17,913 nucleotides of DNA from Candidatus Micrarchaeaceae archaeon (GCA_038877255.1 JAVYWZ010000014.1:1-17913); one strand, 5' to 3'; counted from the stretch's first letter, positions 1 to 9,267 are shown. The notes: generated from the letters alone by a model not told the origin. Numbers and translations: made by a program.

Positions 1-186
1 TTCTTTCTGCGCAATTTCGTTATTGCCTGCAGGCTCAGCATTGCCACTTTCGTCAACATTTACCGCTTCTCCAGGAGAAAACAAGATATTGCCGAGTACG
101 CGCATGCACTTGAGAGATGGTAAATACTGCAATGCATAATAATGGTCTGACGTGCCATGCTTTACTGTAGTTATTAGTGCATTCAT
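1..186 (-). CDS. hypothetical protein, N-terminal part (runs off left edge)
   Basis: ATG at 186-184, 7 nt after the stop of the Cys-rich gene; open to position 1: MNALITTVKHGTSDHYYALQYLPSLKCMRVLGNILFSPGEAVNVDESGNAEPAGNNEIAQKE. Confidence 0.7.
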   Translation of the reverse strand, partial: MNALITTVKHGTSDHYYALQYLPSLKCMRVLGNILFSPGEAVNVDESGNAEPAGNNEIAQKE

Positions 187-193
187 TTAATTT

Positions 194-1261
194 TCAGCCT
201 GTTTCGTTCAGTGAAATGGCGAGGCTACACGCATTTGCACTTGTGCTGTTGCTTATTTTCAGGCACATGCTCGCATTCTTTGTGTATTCTGCAAGCGCGC
301 TGTAGCATGTGCTCTCAGCGGTTCCAAGCGAAGTGCAGATGCTTCCGTTATTTGTTTTTATTGCCTCTGCTATTAATACTGATTGCGTGCAAATGGTTTC
401 ATAAGAGCCCATTGTGCTGCAGCTTTGGAGTTCCTGCGTGAAGTTTGAAGTGGTGATGTTGGCGCTATGTTTTAACGATAATATTTCTAAACATGAAGGC
501 TGCAGTGCAGGCTCAGCGTATTTGCATGCTGTTGCATTGTCAGAAGCATACGCTACTCCAATCACGCAGAAGTCCTTTGCAGAATAAGCGGATACGGGTT
601 GCTGTGCTATCTGTCCTGTTGATTTTGCGGCATAGCCTACCAGAAAAAGTGTAACATTTTCTAGGTCTGCGTTAGAAACGTTCAACACTATTGTGTCAAC
701 GACTGTACTGTTCAAAGAGCTCGAGACGTTGCTGCAATATGCCACATTATCTGTAGCAAATGCCCTTTTTGACATTATTTCCGAAATACAAATTTCGTCG
801 CCTGTTTGATTTGCAGCATACGCGCACATGCTTGCATTTGCGTATTTCTCTGCAAGCACTTGATAGCATGCGCCTTTGTACGGCTCTTGTTCTGTATTGC
901 ACAGCGTGCTGTTCCCATTTCTCTCGGCAACATAGGAGATGCACTGGTATTCGCTGCTTGTGTTTGTTATTTTTCTGCATAGGCTAGCGTTTGCAGTATT
1001 TTCGGCTATTGCGGAATAGCAACCAGTTGCGTACTCGCTTGGTATTGTACTGCACATGCTTGTATTTGCAGTAGACACAGCAAGCCCTTTTATGCAATCA
1101 TATTTATTAGAGATTACTGCTATGCTTTCGCATCTGTCTAAAGGGGTATACGCACTTATGCTAAGCTGTATCGCTGCAGCAGTTACTAAGAGCACTGCTA
1201 TTGCCACTGCGTAAACCATTATCGCCTTCTTCTTGCTTATTGCTATGGGCTTTTCATCCAT
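194..1261 (-). CDS. membrane-anchored cysteine-repeat surface glycoprotein
   Basis: Basic N-terminus plus hydrophobic TM/signal segment; 20 Cys in ~24-aa repeats of the type C..I......C...A....N.S.C; many N-x-S/T sequons. Confidence 0.85.
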   Translation of the reverse strand: MDEKPIAISKKKAIMVYAVAIAVLLVTAAAIQLSISAYTPLDRCESIAVISNKYDCIKGLAVSTANTSMCSTIPSEYATGCYSAIAENTANASLCRKITNTSSEYQCISYVAERNGNSTLCNTEQEPYKGACYQVLAEKYANASMCAYAANQTGDEICISEIMSKRAFATDNVAYCSNVSSSLNSTVVDTIVLNVSNADLENVTLFLVGYAAKSTGQIAQQPVSAYSAKDFCVIGVAYASDNATACKYAEPALQPSCLEILSLKHSANITTSNFTQELQSCSTMGSYETICTQSVLIAEAIKTNNGSICTSLGTAESTCYSALAEYTKNASMCLKISNSTSANACSLAISLNETG

Positions 1262-1266
1262 CGCAT

Positions 1267-1986
1267 CTACAAATTCGCTTCAGCAGATATTACATTGAAG
1301 CCACTGGGCGTTATCTCATAAGGCGTTATTGCAAAACTGTGATTGCTGCCGCGCATCTTCAGCACCTCCATTGCCAATGTGCGCCTGTCTTCCTTGCCTG
1401 CTTCGTACATAACTATAACTCCATCGAAGATGAAAAATTCCGGACCAGTATTCCGGCCTAACGCACCGGGATCCTGAAGTTCAGAGGTCACTAGCGAAGT
1501 CACGTTCAATCTTCTAAGGTTGCTTATGAGCGAGAGCATCGAATACCTAAATGTACCAGTATCGTTTATCAACATCTCCACTACGCTGAGCGAGTCTATC
1601 ACTACTATTTTTGCCTTGTATGAGCTTATTATGGATTCTATATCTGATACTATCTTTCCGAATTCGTAAGCATTGGCGCTGCCGCTGCGGATTATCGTTG
1701 CAGGATCTTCACCGTCTATTATCAGCTTTTTGCTTGCGATTAGCGAGTCTATGTCTGTAAGTTCGCTAAAAGCTTCTTTGGCATTTTCTATAACCCGCTC
1801 GGGCTCTTCTTCCATGGCGAAAAACACAGAAGTGTTGCCTGCCTTTGCATTGTTGTACAAGTACTCAAAGCCCAGAAGCGTTTTGCCTGCACCGGGCCCA
1901 CCAGCAAGTATCACTTGGTTGCCTTCCGGTATGCCACCGTAAAGCATAGAATCAAGACCCTCAATTCCTGTCTTTACCCTATTCAT
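1267..1986 (-). CDS. KaiC/RAD55-like RecA-superfamily ATPase (single domain)
   Basis: RVKTGIEGLDSMLYGGIP, Walker A GGPGAGKT, Walker B VVIDSLS, C-terminal VLKMRGSNH. Start likely ATG 1986 (1992/1995 possible) rather than 2028. Confidence 0.92.
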   Translation of the reverse strand: MNRVKTGIEGLDSMLYGGIPEGNQVILAGGPGAGKTLLGFEYLYNNAKAGNTSVFFAMEEEPERVIENAKEAFSELTDIDSLIASKKLIIDGEDPATIIRSGSANAYEFGKIVSDIESIISSYKAKIVVIDSLSVVEMLINDTGTFRYSMLSLISNLRRLNVTSLVTSELQDPGALGRNTGPEFFIFDGVIVMYEAGKEDRRTLAMEVLKMRGSNHSFAITPYEITPSGFNVISAEANL

Positions 1987-2055
1987 GTGCATCATCTTTA
2001 TTGGTGCATAATAATTTAATAAAAGCACGCATATAATACTACCGTTGGCGTTTTG

Positions 2056-2820
2056 ATGAACTTCCGTGTGCTTCTTTTAGGGCTATTGCTATTTGTAGTC
2101 GGAATCGTCATTGCCGCAGGCTCTGTCTCGTCTACGTTGCCCTCTTTTTCTTCGGTGTCTGCAATACATGTGTTAAACGTGAGCGGCGGTTCTACGAGCT
2201 ATGTGCTGATTCAGCTTAATGATACGGGTGGCTTTTCGCTAAGCTATAATTCAAGCGTTCCTGTAGTGTTTGTGCTCGCAAACAGTTCAGCTTTTAACCG
2301 CATTACTTTTAACTCGACAGCCATTACATTAGCTGCAGAATCGCTTGAAGGCAAGGGCGTTTTTGAATTGGCGAACGGCTCTGTGGGCATATTTCCGTAT
2401 GAAAATCTCACAGCATCAAACATCACAACCCGGTTTCCTGTACCTAAATACGCAGAGAGCGAAAGCCTTTTTAGCCCTGGCGCATATTATGCAATATTCT
2501 CAAATACAGGCAATAGCACAGCGCATATATTAGTTAAGTCTGCCATAATCACAGCAATGACCGTTTCCTCAAACGAAATAACACAGCTCAGCAGAAGCAG
2601 CAGCTATATTATTATTTCGTCAATACTTATGCTCTTAGGCATACTGCTTATCGTAATCTCTTTGTTCATGCATGGTCGAGAAAGCCCTAAAAAAACAGCA
2701 GAGAGCGAGGAGGAAATAAATAAGCTTTACAGCAGAGTAGAAAAGGCAGAAAAGGCAAGCCGTGTTGGCAGAGCAAGGCATAGCAATACTCATGTTAGAG
2801 GCAAGAATGAAAAGAGGTAA
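2056..2820 (+). CDS. hypothetical membrane protein (N-terminal signal/TM, extracellular domain, C-terminal TM, basic tail)
   Basis: Hydrophobic segments at both ends; several N-glycosylation sequons in between; ATG at 2056. Confidence 0.8.
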   Translation: MNFRVLLLGLLLFVVGIVIAAGSVSSTLPSFSSVSAIHVLNVSGGSTSYVLIQLNDTGGFSLSYNSSVPVVFVLANSSAFNRITFNSTAITLAAESLEGKGVFELANGSVGIFPYENLTASNITTRFPVPKYAESESLFSPGAYYAIFSNTGNSTAHILVKSAIITAMTVSSNEITQLSRSSSYIIISSILMLLGILLIVISLFMHGRESPKKTAESEEEINKLYSRVEKAEKASRVGRARHSNTHVRGKNEKR

Positions 2821-2824
2821 TTTT

Positions 2825-3184
2825 GTGATTCCGAATATAGACCCAAAAACTTTGAAAAGCATGATGGACAGGCTGGGCATAAAAAGCAGCAATGTAGACG
2901 CGCAAAAAGTCACGATAGAGCTGCCTGATAAATACTTGATAGTAGACAATCCGCAGGTCCTGCAGATAGAGGCGCAGGGCGTAAAATCTTTTCAGATAAC
3001 GGGAAATATTAGCGAGATAAGCAAACAACAGCAGCCTGTTGAAATAGAAATAAGTGATGAAGACGTAAATTTCGTAATGGAGCAAGCAGGCATAACAGAC
3101 CCTATAAAGGCGCGCCGTGCCTTAGAAGAGGCGCAGGGCGATATTGCCCTCGCAATTTCTTTCTTGAAAAAAAGCAGCAAATAG
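2825..3184 (+). CDS. nac: nascent polypeptide-associated complex protein (archaeal NAC)
   Basis: PNIDPKTLKSMMDRLGIK...IVDNPQV...FQITG NAC domain plus UBA tail (ISDEDVNFVMEQAG...GDIALAI). GTG 2825 follows GAGGT SD; ATG 2807 is an alternative start. Confidence 0.92.
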   Translation: MIPNIDPKTLKSMMDRLGIKSSNVDAQKVTIELPDKYLIVDNPQVLQIEAQGVKSFQITGNISEISKQQQPVEIEISDEDVNFVMEQAGITDPIKARRALEEAQGDIALAISFLKKSSK

Positions 3185-3188
3185 CGCT

Positions 3189-3500
3189 CTAATTCGACAG
3201 GTTGAAGATCTGTGCGCATGGAATGCCTTCTATCTCAATTATGCTCTCTTTATTTACAAGGCCGTGCTTTACAAATATGCCAACAGATCTTTTTCCAACA
3301 ACATTTGCAGAGTAAATCTTCGCTTTAGAAATTACTTCTTCAGCGCTTTTTTCATCTAGTTTCTCACCCTTGTAGAAACCAGCATACGTTTCCAGATCCA
3401 GTTGTCTTTTGCCTTCCTCATATTTTCTGCCTATGAGCTCTTCGTCGCAAGCTGCAAAGATATAGCCATTCTGCGTTTCATGTTTCTTCAAATAAATCAT
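3189..3500 (-). CDS. DUF424 family protein
   Basis: AACDEELIG...FYKGE...ANVVGKRSV...IEGIP pattern typical of archaeal DUF424. Confidence 0.88.
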   Translation of the reverse strand: MIYLKKHETQNGYIFAACDEELIGRKYEEGKRQLDLETYAGFYKGEKLDEKSAEEVISKAKIYSANVVGKRSVGIFVKHGLVNKESIIEIEGIPCAQIFNLSN

Positions 3501-3503
3501 AAA

Positions 3504-5051
3504 CTAGCCGTATTTGTAAAAGAAAAAGAATGTTGAGCTGTAAAGTATTCCGTACCAAAGAAGCCACATTGCGCCAGAGAAGTTGTAGCTAAGAAATGCA
3601 AACACGCTTGATGCAAAGATCGCTGATGAAAATATGAGTTCTGTGCGTGCATTGCTTAGTGCTAGCATAACATTACCCGACATGTTGTGCATGTCGCCCT
3701 TTATCCAACCCATTATGGGGCTTTTGTCTAGCAATGCAGCAATTGCCGCTTTTAACCTGACAAATGACAATGCGAAGTTCAGTGCTAAAATCATTATGCC
3801 TTTTGAAATCGAGTTAAAGTAAATTTTAGTTATTGCAATAGGCACCAATATAGAAAGCAGGAATGCGTTTAGCCCAAAGAGCTCTATGTTAAAAGGTGGG
3901 TATTTAAACTCAATTAATTGCCTTACTGCAACGTATGCTATTGGTGCTGATGCAAATACTGACAGTATTGAGATTATTGTGAATGCAACGAGTATGAATG
4001 ACAGATAGTTTAAGCCAAGGCCGTGAAGTGCATAATCTATCTTTGAAAGCGCAGAAATCGTGTGCTTCTTATTCTGTTTCCAGTTTCTAATGAAGTGCAA
4101 CAGGAATTGCGTATCGCCGTAGTTATAGCGCCACTGCTGTCTTGCAAGCTCTGTAAAGGTGGTAAGCGGTTTACCAAGTGCATAGACCTTTGGTATGTAA
4201 ACGCTCTTGAAGCCTTTAGCATCAGATTCGAAGCTAAAGAAGGTATCCTCTATTATGAATTCCGGAAAGCCGCCGAGCTTGTCAAGCGCCGACCTGCGTA
4301 TTAGCCCGCATGAGCCGGCAAATATCGCAGTGTTGTTAAGTGCTCTAGAAGGCTGTATGAACTTAAAGAAGAACGCATCAAAGAGGTCTACGCAACTTGA
4401 GAAGAAATTGCCGTTCGCATATCGCTTTTCGGTTTGAACGAAAGCCACTTTCTTATCGTTAAAATATGGCAGAAGGTCTACAAGGAAGTCTGTGTTTGTA
4501 AGCCTCTCGTCGCCGTCAAAGAGTGCAATGAACTCCTCTTTTGAGTAATTAAGCATATTATTGAGCGCACCGGCCTTGAATCCGTTGCGTTTGTCTCTGT
4601 GCAAATACGCAATGCCATTTTGCATGCAGAATTGCTGCAGCTCATCTATTGTCTCTTTCTTAGTAGAGTCATCAAGAAGATAATACGTTAACTTGTTTGG
4701 GTCGTAGTTCATCTTCTTTAGCGCAAGCAGATTTTTCTCTACCATAGTAGGGTCTTCATTATACACGGGCATTGCTATGGCAACACTCGGTAATTTATTC
4801 ATGGGCTTCAGCCCCGCCTGTATGTTCTTGAGATGTTCTTTGTAGAAAGAAGAGCGGTAATAAGAATAAGCAGAAGTGATATTGAAAACGCTGGAGATTA
4901 ATGAAAGCGCGAAGAACGACATGGCAAGCCAGTATAGAAGCGCGCTCTTTGCGGTAAATATCAAGTATGCAGATACCACTATGCCTATCGCGCTCATAAC
5001 AACAAACAAAAATACCGTAGCGCTTCTGAATAAAATGTCTTTGTTAAACAT
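3504..5051 (-). CDS. processive GT2 glycosyltransferase, cellulose-synthase-like
   Basis: PVYNE, LDDS, FKAGALN, FDGD, FAGS, IEDT, QQWRY (QxxRW variant); 2 N-terminal and several C-terminal TM helices. Confidence 0.9.
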   Translation of the reverse strand: MFNKDILFRSATVFLFVVMSAIGIVVSAYLIFTAKSALLYWLAMSFFALSLISSVFNITSAYSYYRSSFYKEHLKNIQAGLKPMNKLPSVAIAMPVYNEDPTMVEKNLLALKKMNYDPNKLTYYLLDDSTKKETIDELQQFCMQNGIAYLHRDKRNGFKAGALNNMLNYSKEEFIALFDGDERLTNTDFLVDLLPYFNDKKVAFVQTEKRYANGNFFSSCVDLFDAFFFKFIQPSRALNNTAIFAGSCGLIRRSALDKLGGFPEFIIEDTFFSFESDAKGFKSVYIPKVYALGKPLTTFTELARQQWRYNYGDTQFLLHFIRNWKQNKKHTISALSKIDYALHGLGLNYLSFILVAFTIISILSVFASAPIAYVAVRQLIEFKYPPFNIELFGLNAFLLSILVPIAITKIYFNSISKGIMILALNFALSFVRLKAAIAALLDKSPIMGWIKGDMHNMSGNVMLALSNARTELIFSSAIFASSVFAFLSYNFSGAMWLLWYGILYSSTFFFFYKYG

Positions 5052-5112
5052 GATACCTTGCCTGTTTTTATTTGATTCTTGAATTGAAAAGAATATAAAT
5101 CATAGCAAGTAA

Positions 5113-5122
5113 ATTTTAATAA
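5113..5122 (+). promoter_or_regulatory. candidate TATA-like element in the divergent GT2/tRNA-Ser intergenic region
   Basis: ATTTTAATAA just upstream of the tRNA; AT-rich TATAAAT at 5094-5100 is an alternative at more canonical spacing. Confidence 0.35.
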
Positions 5123-5130
5123 GGTTGCAT

Positions 5131-5228
5131 GCCGGGATGGCGGAACCAGGTAACGCGCCAGTATATTTGGCGAAACTCGAGATCTGGTTGCCCTTCGGGC
5201 ATTTAGGGTTCAAATCCCTATCCCGGCG
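5131..5228 (+). tRNA. tRNA-Ser(CGA) with 13-nt non-canonical intron (5162-5174, position 30/31)
   Basis: Acceptor GCCGGGA/TCCCGGC, G discriminator, D arm GCG..CGC. Anticodon stem CCAGA/TCTGG forms after removing TATATTTGGCGAA; loop CT-CGA-GA. Long variable arm GCCC-TTC-GGGC; T arm TAGGG-TTCAAAT-CCCTA; no encoded CCA. Confidence 0.93.
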
Positions 5229-5295
5229 CGTATCAATATCGATTCTCTGAGTTAGCATAAAGCAATATTCGTAAAAGGCCTTCGGCTTTCGAGCT

Positions 5296-7047
5296 TCAAA
5301 TTTCAAGTCTATCTTTTAACCTATAGTACTCCTTCCATAGCCAATCGGGCATGCGCTCGCCGAAGCTCTCGAAGAAGGGTTTGACATCTTCCAGCTCATT
5401 TAGCCAGCCCTCTCTATCTATTTTAGTAAGCTCATTGAACGCTTCTTCGCTAATGCCATCAGCATTGAATTCATCTATTCTCGGGATTATGCCTATTGGC
5501 GTTTCAATTCCCTTGGCTTTGCCGCTAAGACGGTCAGTTATCCAGTTAATTACGCGCATATTTTCTCCAAATCCGGGCCAAAGAAAGTTGCCTGAAGAGT
5601 CTGTTCTGAACCAGTTTACTCCATATATCCTTGGCTTGGCCTTTGCCTTTTCAATAACGCTTTTAAAATGATCAAAATATTCTGCCATGTTGTAGCCGCA
5701 GAACGGCAGCATTGCCATTGGGTCGCTTCTTACTACCCCTACTGTGCTACCTACTGCGGGCGTAGTTTCTGCTCTTAGCATGGCTCCAATAAGCACCCCG
5801 TGCTCTGTGCTCAGCGCTTCATAAACAAGAGGTATCAAAGATTTTCTCTTGCCACCAAATAGCATCGCGTCTATTTTCAGGCCTTCTTTAGAGCCGAAGG
5901 AAGGCGAAAGCTCCTTATAGTTTCTTATTGGAGTGGTGAATCTTGAGTTTGGATGTGCCGCAATTTCAAAAACACTGTTTCCTTGCCAATCTTCAAGGTT
6001 TGCAGGCCTGCTGCCAAGGCCTTCCCACCACGGCTCCAGCGTAGAAGTGTCTAAGGCCACGTTTGTAAAGATCGTATTGGTAAGTATCGCCTGCATTGCA
6101 TTTGGATTGCTGTGCGCATTAGTCCCTGCTGCAATGCCGAAAAAGCCGTATTCAGGATTGGTCGCCCTTAACTCTCCATTCCTAAGAACGATCCAAATGA
6201 TGTCGTCGCTCAGGAGCTTTACTTGCCAGCCCTTTTCTGCATATGCTTTAGGCGGCTTAATCATTGCCAAATTGGTCTTGCCGCTTCCGCTCGGGAAAGC
6301 TCCCGTTATCCCGAATCTCTTTCCTTGTGGGTCTATTACCTCTATGGCCATCATGTGCTCCGCAAGCCTGTTCTTGTGTTTATCTATATAGCTCTCTATT
6401 CTCAACGCATGGCACTTCTTGCTTAGCAGGGCGTTGCCTCCGTATGCGGAATTTACTGTAATAATAAGACGCTCTTCAGGAAACTGCACAATATATCTAT
6501 TTTTAGAATCCAGATTGCCTGTTGCCTGTATTCCAAAAACAAAAGAATCCTTCTTGCTGCAACGCAGTGCTTTTGTTGTGGTCTTTGCAATAATCATCTC
6601 GCTTATTACTACATATTTGCTGTCTGTAAGCTCTACTCCGCATCTTTCGAATTCTGAATTCTCCGGGCCGAGAATGTACGGTACAACATACATTGTTTTG
6701 CTTTTCATTACGCCTTGCAGCAACTTTTTCAATCTTTCAAGCATTTCCCCTTTTGCAATCCAGTGATTTGTAGGTCCTGCTTCCTCTTTTTCCTCTGTGG
6801 AAATGTATGTGTTCTCTTCGCTCCTCGCCACGTCCTTTTTATCGCTTCTGTATAAAAAACAGTCTTTATACCTTGAATCAAGCCTGATAAGCTCTCTGCC
6901 GTTAATCATGTCTTCTGTTAGTTTATCATATTCCTCTTTGCTCCCATTTATCAATGTTATGCTTGCAGGCTGCATCAAATCTGCGTATGCCTCTATTTTG
7001 GCGAACAGCTCTGGATTTGTGCCTTTTAGATCTTCAAATTTCATCAT
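5296..7047 (-). CDS. pckG: phosphoenolpyruvate carboxykinase (GTP)
   Basis: DVARSE, SAYGGNALLSKKCHALR, LAEHM, FPSGSGKTNLAM, DDI, NPEYGFFG, AAHPNSRFT, DPMAMLPFCGYNM, VNWFR, WPGFGENMRV. ATG 7047 overlaps the upstream TGA (ATGA) after GAGGCG. Confidence 0.96.
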   Translation of the reverse strand: MMKFEDLKGTNPELFAKIEAYADLMQPASITLINGSKEEYDKLTEDMINGRELIRLDSRYKDCFLYRSDKKDVARSEENTYISTEEKEEAGPTNHWIAKGEMLERLKKLLQGVMKSKTMYVVPYILGPENSEFERCGVELTDSKYVVISEMIIAKTTTKALRCSKKDSFVFGIQATGNLDSKNRYIVQFPEERLIITVNSAYGGNALLSKKCHALRIESYIDKHKNRLAEHMMAIEVIDPQGKRFGITGAFPSGSGKTNLAMIKPPKAYAEKGWQVKLLSDDIIWIVLRNGELRATNPEYGFFGIAAGTNAHSNPNAMQAILTNTIFTNVALDTSTLEPWWEGLGSRPANLEDWQGNSVFEIAAHPNSRFTTPIRNYKELSPSFGSKEGLKIDAMLFGGKRKSLIPLVYEALSTEHGVLIGAMLRAETTPAVGSTVGVVRSDPMAMLPFCGYNMAEYFDHFKSVIEKAKAKPRIYGVNWFRTDSSGNFLWPGFGENMRVINWITDRLSGKAKGIETPIGIIPRIDEFNADGISEEAFNELTKIDREGWLNELEDVKPFFESFGERMPDWLWKEYYRLKDRLEI

Positions 7048-8246
7048 ATCGCCTCGTGGGCATTGCAAAATTCATCAATTTTGCTCATTGCCAAAGATAG
7101 CGTTTCCTTATTAGGAAGCGCCACTATTCTGACATGATTTTTTGACCCAAAACCGGAGCCTCTTGTAAGCCATACTTGTTTTTCTATTAGCAGCTTATTC
7201 ACGAATTCTTTGTCGTCTTTAATGTCAAGAATTTTCATATTTACCTTGGGGAAGACGTAAAAAGCACCCTGAGGCAATACCGCCTGCATGAATCTGCTTT
7301 CATTTACAAGCTTAGTGGCGTATGTTGTTCTTTCCTTTATTTCCTTCGCAAATTTTTTAATCCAGTTAAAATGCTCTTTGCTAAGCATCGTATTTGCAAC
7401 CGCATACTGGGCTGGTGTGTTTGCTGAAAGCCGCATGCGCGCAAAGTCTATAAGTGTTTTGAGCAGTTCGTCACTTTTCGGGTCGCTATTTGGAATTAGC
7501 AAATAACCTATTCTTATGCCTGTGGCGTTTAATGACTTTGAAACACCGTTTAAAATGACATATGGCATGTCCTTTGCTATTTGTGACAAGCTCACAAAAT
7601 CGTTGGAAAAAACCAACTCATCATATATCTCATCGCTTATCAGCAAAATGTCCAGTTCATTTGCAATCTCTGCAAGCTCTTCCATTTCTTTTCTTTTTAT
7701 TATGGCTCCGGTAGGGTTGTTTGGCGAAGTTATGAGCAAGTACTTGATTTTTCTATTTTTCTTAAGCAATTTATTTAATCCATCTAGATCGATGCTCCAC
7801 TTTTCTTCTTCGTTGCTTTCGCCAATAATGGGCGTGCCTCCTGCTACTCGTATAAAAGGTTCATAAGATGCGTAATATGGACTTATCAGTGCCGCTTTTT
7901 CCTTCGGATTTAGCAAGCTAAGATTGAGGAATAAAAGAGCCTCACTTGCTCCCTGTGTCACTATTATGCGGTTAGGATCAGCATCAATTCCATAGAGGTT
8001 TTTATAGCGTTTAGCTATGGTATCGCGGAGTGCGCTAGCACCTTGAGAGTCTTCGTAAAAGGTATAATTATTTCTCAAAGCCCTTGCATATTCTTTTATC
8101 AGATACTCTGGTGTAGGAAAATATTTTGGAGGGTCTCCTGAGTTTAACGCAATAACTCGCTTCCCTTCTTCAGTGAGTTTTTTTGCTATTGCAGCGTCCT
8201 CTCTTATCGGGCTAGCCGCAAAGCCGCTCAATTTTGAGGTAAACAT
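7044..8246 (-). CDS. PLP-dependent aminotransferase class I/II (Asp/Ala aminotransferase-like)
   Basis: LNSGDP, TQGASEA, SPNNPTG, SDEIYDEL, NGVSKSLNATGIRIGY (PLP Lys), GAFYVFP, GSGFG..HVRI. Confidence 0.93.
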   Translation of the reverse strand: MFTSKLSGFAASPIREDAAIAKKLTEEGKRVIALNSGDPPKYFPTPEYLIKEYARALRNNYTFYEDSQGASALRDTIAKRYKNLYGIDADPNRIIVTQGASEALLFLNLSLLNPKEKAALISPYYASYEPFIRVAGGTPIIGESNEEEKWSIDLDGLNKLLKKNRKIKYLLITSPNNPTGAIIKRKEMEELAEIANELDILLISDEIYDELVFSNDFVSLSQIAKDMPYVILNGVSKSLNATGIRIGYLLIPNSDPKSDELLKTLIDFARMRLSANTPAQYAVANTMLSKEHFNWIKKFAKEIKERTTYATKLVNESRFMQAVLPQGAFYVFPKVNMKILDIKDDKEFVNKLLIEKQVWLTRGSGFGSKNHVRIVALPNKETLSLAMSKIDEFCNAHEAI

Positions 8247-8283
8247 GACTGCAGTTTTTGCATTAAAATTTAATAAACCGTTG

Positions 8284-9267
8284 CTAATTATTAGAGAGCG
8301 ACTCTGCCTTGAGAAAAGTATACCATGCAGGTTCTTGCGTGCCGTTTACTGGTTCTGTAAGGTTAAGAAGTCCGTAATCGTTTCCTAGCGCGCCGTCAGA
8401 AAGCCCCCATAGGTCATACCAATATGCTGCCTTTACATATGGCTCTTTTGCAAAAAGCGAAAGGGCTTCTTTCATGAACTCGTTCTGCATGCTTGGGCTG
8501 TAGCCTGGAATGAGCTTCGATGAAGAAGGCATGCCAAACTCTGTTACATATATTGGTTCGTGCGTTAGGTTTTCATACATGCCTAAGCCAGCTATCCATG
8601 ATGCAGTGAAATTCTCTCCTGGCAAAAGCGGTCCGGGCAAATATGCATGCACCGAGATTGCGTTGCAATACCGCGCAGCACCGTACTGCCAAACCTGCGC
8701 ATACCAATAAAATGCTTGCGCGTTGTTTATTGGTGCGCCTCCAAAGCACACTATTGTCGCGTTTGGCTGCTTTGACCTTATTTCCTCTGCAGCGCTTTTT
8801 ATTATTAGAAAGTAGTTGTACGCGCTGCCGTTCATGAAGCCTGTCTGAAACTGCGCAACAAGCGGCTCGTTCCATATCTCCCATGTGTTTATGTATGGAA
8901 ATGTTGTAACTGCATTAGCTACGCTTTCATTCCATTCTGTTAAATTCCAGTTTTTATTTGCGAAGCCGTTTGGCACCGTTTCGTAATCGAGTATTCCAAG
9001 ATAATTGGCGTTGTAATGCGCATGCTCATAGTCGATTAACTGCATTTGTTCTGGGCTTAGCGTTATGTCTGTCCTGAAATATTTTATGCCACTCTTCAGT
9101 GCTTTTAACTCAGATGTTTCGTTTCCGTGCGTGCCTATGCCTAGCGTGTAGTTCAAGTGCGCAGGCAGGGCTGTAGCGCGTTGCGTTAAATCTGCCAGTA
9201 TAACAAGCGCAATAATGATTGCAAATGCCAATGCTAAAGATGCTCCTGCAATTTTTGCTTTGTTCAC
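8284..9267 (-). CDS. membrane-anchored clan GH-A glycoside hydrolase (GH39/GH5-like)
   Basis: N-terminal TM anchor; WEIWNEP (acid/base), AISVHAY, IYVTEFG (nucleophile), AYWYDL. GTG start overlaps the truD TGA; SD GAGGT. Confidence 0.85.
   Translation of the reverse strand: MNKAKIAGASLALAFAIIIALVILADLTQRATALPAHLNYTLGIGTHGNETSELKALKSGIKYFRTDITLSPEQMQLIDYEHAHYNANYLGILDYETVPNGFANKNWNLTEWNESVANAVTTFPYINTWEIWNEPLVAQFQTGFMNGSAYNYFLIIKSAAEEIRSKQPNATIVCFGGAPINNAQAFYWYAQVWQYGAARYCNAISVHAYLPGPLLPGENFTASWIAGLGMYENLTHEPIYVTEFGMPSSSKLIPGYSPSMQNEFMKEALSLFAKEPYVKAAYWYDLWGLSDGALGNDYGLLNLTEPVNGTQEPAWYTFLKAESLSNN

Noticed and set aside
1267..1986. Circadian clock KaiC
   Set aside because: Single domain with no kaiA/kaiB; ordinary archaeal KaiC-like/RAD55 family.
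5100..5306. 68-aa minus-strand ORF
   Set aside because: It is antisense to tRNA-Ser; spurious.
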